Assembly (NCBI GenBank): GCA_036265735.1
Contig: DATAOK010000050.1
Location: forward strand, 3,968-67,967
Length of the DNA stretch: 64,000 nucleotides
DNA from: Gaiellaceae bacterium
GTDB lineage: Bacteria; Actinomycetota; Thermoleophilia; Gaiellales; Gaiellaceae
Direction: 5' to 3'
The first letter of the stretch is position 1. Every line of letters starts with the position of its first letter. The notes under the pieces were generated by a model. It saw only the letters and a list, made by a program, of their open reading frames with translations, was not told the DNA's origin and made no database searches. Of this stretch, positions 57,569 through 64,000 are shown one piece after another. Both the position numbers and the translations under genes were made by a program.

Positions 57569-59416
57569 GTGGCGGTCACCGAGACGCGCAAGCTCGCACC
57601 ATTCGAGCAGTTCATGGCCTACCGGCGGTTCTCTGCTGGGCTCGAGTTCAGCGCCGACGGCCGGCACGTCTACTTCGTCAGCAACATGTCGGGCCAGTTC
57701 AACCTCTGGCGCGTCAGTGTCGACGGCGGCTGGCCGACACAGCTGACGGCGTTCACCGACGACACCGTGCGCACCGTCGGTGTTTCCTCCGGCGACGGCA
57801 GCGTCGTCTTCTGCGCCGATCACGACGGCGACGAGTTCCATCAGATCTATCTCGTCGACGCGAACGGGGGCTGGGCGGAGAAGATCACGGACGACGCGCA
57901 GGTGCAGCACTTCGTCGACGGCCGCAGCTTCTCGCCCGACGGCTCGAAGCTCGCGTATGCGGCGAACGCGCGGCAGCCGACCGACATGGAGATCTGGTTG
58001 CGCGACCTCGAGTCCGGTGACGTGCATCCCGTCTTCGGCGAGGGGCTCTTCTCGTTCCCGGGCGGCTGGTCGCCGGACGGCACGAAGCTCCTTGGGATCG
58101 ACCTGCGCAGCAACAGCGACACCTCGATCCACGTCATCGACCTCGAGACCGGCGACGCGCCGGAGGCGACGCCGCACGACGAGGAAGGCATCTACACGCC
58201 GGGCCCCTGGAAGCCGGACGGCTCGGGCTTCTACTTCCTCTCGGACGAAGGACGCGAGTTCCGCGGGATCGCGTTCTACGACATCGCCTCAGGCAGCTAC
58301 GAGTGGGTCGAGACGCCGGAGCACGACGTCGAGGAGATCGCGGCCTCACACGACGGCCGCGTCTTCGCGTGGCTCGTGAACGAGGACGGCTACGACCGCC
58401 TGAAGCTGCGCGACATGGAGAGCGGCCGCGACCTGCCGGTGCCCGATCTGCCCGACGGAGCGCGGCCGCACCTCACGGGATTCCAGCCGCCGATCGCGCT
58501 GACCGCGGACGGGTCGCACGCCGCGGTGATCCTCGCCGGCCCGCGACGGCCGCCGGATGTCTACATCGTCGAGACAGCAACAGGCGCTGCGCGCGCCGTC
58601 ACCGAGAGCTGGATCGGGGGCGGCTTCGCGGAGGACGAGCTCACGGCGGTCGAGCTGGTCAGTTACCCGAGCTTCGACGGGCGCCAGATCCCTGCGTGGC
58701 TGTACCGGCCGCGGGACATGGACGGACGCGTGCCCGTCGTCGTCGCGATCCACGGCGGGCCGGAGGCGCAGGAGCGTCCCGTCTACAGCCCCGTGTACCA
58801 GTACCTCGTCAGCCGCGGGATCGCGGTGCTCGCGACGAACATCCGCGGGTCGACGGGCTACGGCAAGAGCTACCAGCGCCTGATCCAGCGCGACTGGGGC
58901 GGTGGCGACATGCAGGACTGGGAGCACGCGGCGAAGTGGCTGCGCGAGCAGGACTGGGTCGAGCCCGACCGCCTCGGTGTGTGGGGCGGCTCGTACGGCG
59001 GCTTCGCGGTGCTGACGTGCGTGACGCGGCTGCCGGAGTACTGGGCGGCCGCCGTCGACATCTTCGGGCCGTCGAACCTGATCACGTTCGCGAAAGCGGT
59101 GCCGCCGACCTGGCGGCGCATGATGAAGAAGTTCGTCGGCGACCCGGAGGAGGATGCGGATCTGCTGCGCGAGCGCTCGCCGCTGACGTACATCGAGAAC
59201 GTGCAGACGCCGCTGCTCGTCATCCAGGGCGCAAACGACCCGCGCGTCGTCAAGAGCGAGTCCGATCAGCTCGTCGAGAAGCTTCGATCGCTCGGCCGGA
59301 CCGTCGAGTACATCGTCTTCGACGACGAGGGGCACGGCTTCACGAAGCGCAAGAACGAGCTGGCGACGATGCGCGCGTCGGTCGGCTGGCTCGAGCAGTA
59401 CCTCCTAGCGGACTGA
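57569..59416 (+). CDS. S9 family serine peptidase (prolyl oligopeptidase/dipeptidyl-peptidase type) with an N-terminal beta-propeller
   Basis: WSPDGTKL-type propeller repeats. Catalytic GVWGGSYGGF serine motif. C-terminal ...VFDDEGHGF (His). Confidence 0.9.
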   Translation: MAVTETRKLAPFEQFMAYRRFSAGLEFSADGRHVYFVSNMSGQFNLWRVSVDGGWPTQLTAFTDDTVRTVGVSSGDGSVVFCADHDGDEFHQIYLVDANGGWAEKITDDAQVQHFVDGRSFSPDGSKLAYAANARQPTDMEIWLRDLESGDVHPVFGEGLFSFPGGWSPDGTKLLGIDLRSNSDTSIHVIDLETGDAPEATPHDEEGIYTPGPWKPDGSGFYFLSDEGREFRGIAFYDIASGSYEWVETPEHDVEEIAASHDGRVFAWLVNEDGYDRLKLRDMESGRDLPVPDLPDGARPHLTGFQPPIALTADGSHAAVILAGPRRPPDVYIVETATGAARAVTESWIGGGFAEDELTAVELVSYPSFDGRQIPAWLYRPRDMDGRVPVVVAIHGGPEAQERPVYSPVYQYLVSRGIAVLATNIRGSTGYGKSYQRLIQRDWGGGDMQDWEHAAKWLREQDWVEPDRLGVWGGSYGGFAVLTCVTRLPEYWAAAVDIFGPSNLITFAKAVPPTWRRMMKKFVGDPEEDADLLRERSPLTYIENVQTPLLVIQGANDPRVVKSESDQLVEKLRSLGRTVEYIVFDDEGHGFTKRKNELATMRASVGWLEQYLLAD

Positions 59417-60805
59417 CTCCGCGAGGTCGCCGGTGGCGTGCGGGGCGAAGGTCTCTTCGGGCCGGCGTCGCGGAATTCTCAGGCCGACGACGAGGCCGAT
59501 CGCGAGCGCGCCGGCGCAGAGGGCGAACGCCGCGGTGTAGCCGTTTGCGCTCGGATAGCCCGTGTGCCCGATCGTGTCGGCGATGATCGACGCGGTCGCC
59601 GCGCCGCCGAAGGCGCCGCCGATCGTCCGCGTCACGGTGTTCATGCCCGTCGCGACGCCGGTCTGCCCGGGGCCGACACTCTCGATGATCAGGTTCGCCA
59701 TCGCGGCGAACGCAAGCCCAATGCCGCTTCCGAGGAGCGCGGATGCGACGTAGATCTCCCACCGCTGCCCGCGCGTGAACGCGAGCATCAGGAAGGAGAG
59801 CATCGCGAGCAGACCGCCCGCGAGCAGCGGCGGCTTCGAGCCGAACAGCCGCTCGAGGCGCCCGGTCTGCGCACCGACGAGCAGCATCGTCACCGTGGAC
59901 GGCACCATGAAAAGACCGGCCTGCGTCACTGAGGCGCCAAAGCCGTAGCCCGTCGTTGTCGGCGTCTCGACGTACTGCGGCAGGAGGATGAACGACGAGT
60001 ACATCCCGAAGCCGAGCAGGAGCGCGACGGCGTTTGTCGTCCACACGCCGCGGATACGCATCATCGTCATGTCGACGAGCGGCTGGAGCGAGCGCGACTC
60101 GTTCCGCACCCAGAGGGTGAGGATCGCGATCCCGACGACGAGGCACGCAATCGTCTTCCAGGCGAGCCAGTGCCACGCCGGCGTCTCGCTGACGCCCACG
60201 AGCAGCGCGACCATCCCGAGCGACATGAGCGCCGCCGCGGTGTAGTTCACTCGTGCCGGCACCTTGATCGGCGACTCGGGCACGAACATGTGGGTGGCCA
60301 CCGTCGCGATCACGATCGGGATCAGCGGCAGCCAGAAGAGATAGTGAAAGGACAGGTTGTCGACGATCGGGCCGGCGAGCACGACGCCCGCGCCTCCGCC
60401 GACGCCGAGCAAAGCCGACATCAGCCCGATCCGAGAGGCGACGCGCTCGCGCGGGAACTCGTCGCGGATGATCCCGAACGCGAGCGGGAAGATCCCGCCT
60501 GCGGCGCCCTGGACGATTCGCCCGACGAGCATCAGCGCGAGCGAGCTTGCGAAGGCCGAGATGAGCGTGCCGACCGAGAGCAGCGCCAGGACGATCAAGA
60601 GCATGCGCTCCTTGCCGTGCATGTCGCCGAGCCGGCCGATCAACGGCGTCGCGACCGACGCGCTCAGGAGATACGACGTCAGGACCCAGCTGACGGAGTT
60701 CTCGGACGTGTGCAGCGCGTGCTGAATGTCCGGGAGCGCGGGTGCGACGAGCGACTGGAGGAGCGCGTACGAGACGCCGCCGAGCGCGAGCACGGCAAAG
60801 GTCAT
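59405..60805 (-). CDS. MFS transporter, DHA2/EmrB-like (14 TM)
   Basis: Start moved to ATG 60805 (MTFAVLALGGVSYALLQSLVAPALPDI...). LIGRLGDMHGKERM is the motif A region. Confidence 0.85.
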   Translation of the reverse strand: MTFAVLALGGVSYALLQSLVAPALPDIQHALHTSENSVSWVLTSYLLSASVATPLIGRLGDMHGKERMLLIVLALLSVGTLISAFASSLALMLVGRIVQGAAGGIFPLAFGIIRDEFPRERVASRIGLMSALLGVGGGAGVVLAGPIVDNLSFHYLFWLPLIPIVIATVATHMFVPESPIKVPARVNYTAAALMSLGMVALLVGVSETPAWHWLAWKTIACLVVGIAILTLWVRNESRSLQPLVDMTMMRIRGVWTTNAVALLLGFGMYSSFILLPQYVETPTTTGYGFGASVTQAGLFMVPSTVTMLLVGAQTGRLERLFGSKPPLLAGGLLAMLSFLMLAFTRGQRWEIYVASALLGSGIGLAFAAMANLIIESVGPGQTGVATGMNTVTRTIGGAFGGAATASIIADTIGHTGYPSANGYTAAFALCAGALAIGLVVGLRIPRRRPEETFAPHATGDLAESVR

Positions 60806-60877
60806 CCCCGGATGCTGGCGGTCGTCCCCCAGGCCGGAAGTAGTACACGAGCAGCCGTTGGTGATAACCATCTGCGG

Positions 60878-61966
60878 ATGACGCCGGTTCACGAGCTCGC
60901 CGATCTGACTGCTCGTCTCGTGGAGCTCGACTCCGTGAATCCGGCGCTCGTGCCCGGCGGCGGAGGAGAGCGCGCGGTCGCATTGGTCGTCGCCGATTGG
61001 TGTGCCTCGCGGGGCTTCGAGGTCGAGATCATCGGTGAGGAGCGGGCGAGCGTGATTGCCCGGCGCCGCGGGTCAGGCGGCGGCCGGTCATTGCTCCTGA
61101 ACGGGCATCTCGACACGGTCGGCGTGGCCGGAATGGAGGCGCCGTTCGAGGCTCGCGTCGGGGACGGCCGCCTCTACGGCCGGGGCGCGTACGACATGAA
61201 AGGAGCGCTCGCCGCGCTGATGCTCGCAGCCGCCGATGCGCCGTCGCTGCGCGGCGACATCGTCTTCACGGCTGTCGCCGATGAGGAGCTTGCGTCGGTG
61301 GGAATGGAGGCAGTACTCGAGCGGGTCACGGCCGACGCTGCGCTCGTCGCGGAGCCGACGGACCTGCGTGTCGCGGTCGCGCATCGCGGGTTCGTCGGAT
61401 TCGAGATCGAGACGAAGGGCGTCGCTGCGCACGGCTCAATGCCGCATCTCGGCGTCGACGCGATTGCGAAGATGGGGCCGGTGCTCGTCGCGCTCGAGGA
61501 GCTCGACCGGCGTTTGCAGAACGGATCCCGTCACCCACTCGCCGGATCCGGGTCGGTGCATGCATCGTTGATCGAGGGTGGCCAGGAGATGTCGAGCATT
61601 CCTGCCCGCTGTGTGCTCGTCGGCGAGCGCAGGACGATCCCCGGCGAGACCGTCGAGCTCGTCGAGCAGGAGCTGCGCGACATCGCCGGCGAGGCGAGCA
61701 TAAGAGTCATCGCAGCACGAGAACCGTACGAGGCGCCGGTCGAGCACGCGTTCGTCGAGCTTGTCGTGCGCGCCGCAGGTGGGCAGGAGCATGTCGGCGC
61801 GCCGTTCTGGACCGATGCGGCCCTGATTGCCGCGGCGGGCATCCCGACAGTTCTGTACGGCCCGGCCGGCGAGGGCGCACATGCCGAGCTGGAGTGGGTC
61901 GACCTCGACTCGCTTGGACGGTTGCGCGAGGTCGTCCTTCAGGTCGCGGCCGAGTGGTGTGCATGA
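60878..61966 (+). CDS. M20 family metallopeptidase/deacylase (ArgE/DapE-like)
   Basis: Internal ATG 60878 of track ORF 60170..61966. ...LLLNGHLDTVG...GRGAYDMKGALAA... Confidence 0.85.
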   Translation: MTPVHELADLTARLVELDSVNPALVPGGGGERAVALVVADWCASRGFEVEIIGEERASVIARRRGSGGGRSLLLNGHLDTVGVAGMEAPFEARVGDGRLYGRGAYDMKGALAALMLAAADAPSLRGDIVFTAVADEELASVGMEAVLERVTADAALVAEPTDLRVAVAHRGFVGFEIETKGVAAHGSMPHLGVDAIAKMGPVLVALEELDRRLQNGSRHPLAGSGSVHASLIEGGQEMSSIPARCVLVGERRTIPGETVELVEQELRDIAGEASIRVIAAREPYEAPVEHAFVELVVRAAGGQEHVGAPFWTDAALIAAAGIPTVLYGPAGEGAHAELEWVDLDSLGRLREVVLQVAAEWCA

Positions 61967-61975
61967 CGTCGTCGT

Positions 61976-62006
61976 ACGGAGGGGCGGCGTGAAGCCGCCC
62001 CTCCGT
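61976..62006. terminator. 13-bp perfect stem-loop ACGGAGGGGCGGC-GTGAA-GCCGCCCCTCCGT between convergent genes
   Basis: Seen directly between the 61966 and 62015 stops. Confidence 0.6.
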
Positions 62007-62014
62007 GACGCGAC

Positions 62015-63367
62015 TCACCTCCCCTTGCCGAAGGCGTGCGCGAGGTCGTAGGTCGCGAGGTCGTGACCGAGCTGGAGGCCCGCGACCGTCGAGAAGCGGT
62101 AGTGGACGCCGCCCCACATCCGAGCGTTCGCGACCTCCGTCCGCAGATCGTCGACCGTCGAAAAGTGCCGGACTGCGTTGAGATTGCCCGCAGGCCCGTT
62201 CGGGTCGAAGCCGTGCAGGTCGAGGTTGATCTGGTTGGTGCCGAGGAAGGCTGCGAACACCTGCGCCATTGCCGAGGTGATCGAACAATGCGCGCACGGG
62301 TATTCGGGGTGGTTCGGCGTTGCGATGAGCGGCCGCCAGCCGGGTTGCTCGATCGTGGCGGCGTTGCCGTCGTTCGACCCCGGCGTCGACCCGAAGCCGT
62401 CCGCGGTGACGGAGGTCGGGTCGATCGCGGTTACCGGGCGCCAGAACAGGTAGTGGTATTTCGCGTGCATCACGGTGATCCCCGTGTCCGCGCCGACGAC
62501 GTTCACCATCGCGGCCAGCCGAGCGGTATCGACGGGGCTCAGATTCCGCGCGTCCGTGACGGCGCGAACCGCGATGTTGTACTGGCGGATCACGTTCGCC
62601 GTATAGAACTTCGCCACGTTCGTCTCGTCGGGCGTGCGCACGGTGCTTGTTGCGCCCCCGACAGCCTTGAGCTCATTGAACGCTGCCACCCAGTCCGCGC
62701 TCGAAAGCGAGGGAGGCGGACCCGGCATGAATTGCGTCGCGCTCTGCATGATGAACGGCTTCATGTCGCCCACCCATGGTGTCTGCGGGGCCTGATACGC
62801 AGACGGGGTCAGCCGCCAGACGCCCGGTCCCGGTGGAAGCGTCGGGAAGGTTGACGTCGACGCAATCGGCTGGAGCCCGTCGCCGGTGCGCGCTCGAATC
62901 ACCTGATCCGACGCGACCCTGCCGATCTTCTGCCCGGCGAGCTTCGCCGGCCCGTCCGGGATCGCTGCGAGTGCCTCGCCGTAGTACGCGCCGAGCGTGG
63001 CTGACGCAGACGGGAAGTAGTGCAGCAACGTGCGGTACGCCGCCTCGACCTCGGCGGCGTCGGACGATGCCTTCCGCCACACGCGGAATGTCGGCCGGAG
63101 CGGCTTGTAGCCGTGTCCGAGCGAGACGGCCGCGTCGTACACGGCTGTCGACTCGTACGCCATGTACTGGAAGCCCTCGTTCTGGAAGGCGCCCGAGGTG
63201 ACGACGGTGTCCTCGGCGATCTTGTTCCACTGCTCGACGGTGTTCCCGGGCGGGAGCGTCACCGTGGACGGACGCGCGGTGCGAGCAGCGGCGGCCGCGA
63301 CTGCGAGCGCTGCGGCCGCGAGGAGCAGCAGCCGGAACGCGAGTGCGAGCGAACGCTTCTTGGTCAT
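62015..63367 (-). CDS. secreted PAP2-superfamily protein (vanadium haloperoxidase / acid phosphatase-like)
   Basis: ATG 63367 after AAGGAGGA. Signal peptide MTKKRSLALAFRLLLLAAAALAVA. ...NHPEYPCAHCS... and ...GGVHYRFS... resemble PAP2/V-haloperoxidase active-site motifs. Confidence 0.7.
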   Translation of the reverse strand: MTKKRSLALAFRLLLLAAAALAVAAAAARTARPSTVTLPPGNTVEQWNKIAEDTVVTSGAFQNEGFQYMAYESTAVYDAAVSLGHGYKPLRPTFRVWRKASSDAAEVEAAYRTLLHYFPSASATLGAYYGEALAAIPDGPAKLAGQKIGRVASDQVIRARTGDGLQPIASTSTFPTLPPGPGVWRLTPSAYQAPQTPWVGDMKPFIMQSATQFMPGPPPSLSSADWVAAFNELKAVGGATSTVRTPDETNVAKFYTANVIRQYNIAVRAVTDARNLSPVDTARLAAMVNVVGADTGITVMHAKYHYLFWRPVTAIDPTSVTADGFGSTPGSNDGNAATIEQPGWRPLIATPNHPEYPCAHCSITSAMAQVFAAFLGTNQINLDLHGFDPNGPAGNLNAVRHFSTVDDLRTEVANARMWGGVHYRFSTVAGLQLGHDLATYDLAHAFGKGR

Positions 63368-63541
63368 CGATCCTCCTTGGATCGGGAATCGCACGATGCG
63401 ATCCCGTCGGGCGAGACGCTAGGACCGACGAGCCCCGCCGCCCACCGTGACGCCCGGCGGGTTCTTCGGGTGCTCGCATGGCGCCGATCGGGATGCTGGC
63501 CCCCTTGACCCTCCGGGCGGCAAGGCGGAGAACTTGATGCC

Positions 63542-64000
63542 ATGGAAGAGGAGCTCCGTCCGTCGCTTGCGCACGTTGTCGCCGTGGCGGACGAGGAGCG
63601 GCGACGGGTTGAGCGCGAGCTCCACGACGTGGCGCAGCAGCACCTCGTCGCGCTCACGGTCAACGCGCAACTTGCCCGCGAGCTGGGCGTGAGCGACATG
63701 CCCGCCGCGCTCGACCTGCTCGACGAGGTGGCTCGTGATGCACGAGGTGCGCTCGAGGCGGTCCGGGCGCTCGCCGCTCGGGTCTATCCGCCGCTGCTGC
63801 TCGATCGCGGTCTCGCGGAGGCGCTGCGCGCGGCAGCCGCCGCGTGCCCCGTCCGCACGCGGGTAGAGGTCGACGCGCTCGACCGCCACCCGGCCGCGGT
63901 CGAGGCCGCAGCGTACTTCTGCTGCGCCGACGTGCTGGACGCAGCAGTCACCGGGCCGGTGCGGGTCCGTGCGTGGCAGGAAGATGGAGCGCTGCACGTC
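63542..64000 (+). CDS. HisKA_3 (NarL-partner type) histidine kinase, 5' part; runs off the right edge
   Basis: Not in the track because it is open at the edge. Hand translation gives MEEELRPSLAHVVAVADEERRRVERELHDVAQQHLVALTV...RALAARVYPPLLLDRGLAEAL. The H-box lies only about 28 residues from the first possible start, with an in-frame TGA at 63506..63508. Confidence 0.7.
   Translation, partial: MEEELRPSLAHVVAVADEERRRVERELHDVAQQHLVALTVNAQLARELGVSDMPAALDLLDEVARDARGALEAVRALAARVYPPLLLDRGLAEALRAAAAACPVRTRVEVDALDRHPAAVEAAAYFCCADVLDAAVTGPVRVRAWQEDGALHV

Noticed and set aside
56183-58177. 664-aa minus-strand ORF
   Set aside because: It spans the MFS gene in another frame and is antisense to the S9 peptidase. 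It has no motifs.
1-64000. CRISPR arrays, tRNA/rRNA genes, transposases, integrases, prophage or defence-system genes
   Set aside because: I looked in all intergenic regions longer than about 40 bp and through the ORF list. I found only isolated hairpins and the modules described, with no spaced direct-repeat array, no tRNA-like T-arm sequence and no recombinase or nuclease signatures. Absence is by eye only.

Overview
Visibly high-G+C bacterial chromosome segment (not computed; by eye well above 65%). Gene content is actinobacterial or monoderm in type. My guess of a Thermoleophilia/Rubrobacteria-like organism is inference only. About 70 protein-coding genes can be supported. Many of the long ORFs in the track are antisense or alternate-frame artefacts of the base composition. 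I recognised no rRNA, tRNA, CRISPR array, transposase or integrase. Left third: a partial thiolase, an aldo/keto reductase, a LacI-controlled sugar ABC transporter plus ROK kinase, pgl, proC, a DNA glycosylase, KorAB 2-oxoacid:ferredoxin oxidoreductase and a two-component cluster. Middle: an MFS/MarR pair, an amino-acid ABC transporter, a Rieske oxygenase, and a complete monoderm-type Tad/Flp pilus operon. That operon holds 2 flp genes, tadE, a tadG-like gene, cpaB, tadZ, tadA, a vWA-tadB fusion, tadC and a terminal 504-aa coiled-coil gene. Right third: a translationally coupled MoxR-DUF58-x-vWA-x-vWA operon ending in a 921-aa PQQ-type beta-propeller protein, with a gene order that parallels mxaRSACKL. 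It also holds a divergent cupredoxin, a second PQQ-like lipoprotein, transporters and peptidases. The most interesting item is an XRE-HTH/TPR regulator (9700..11034) divergent from two tandem 32-codon ORFs (11157..11255 and 11339..11437). These encode short hydrophobic peptides with an identical C-terminus (LALMLGSEPWGPA). That is the geometry of an RRNPP (Rgg/SHP, PlcR/PapR-like) peptide-signalling cassette, which is not expected in this kind of genome. Also notable is a recurrent post-stop-codon 'hairpin-TTTAGGG-hairpin' module with 4 copies. Two inverted copies bracket a lower-GC 0.6-kb island carrying a small zinc-ribbon ORF. All family calls come from reading the translated sequences by eye; no database search was possible.
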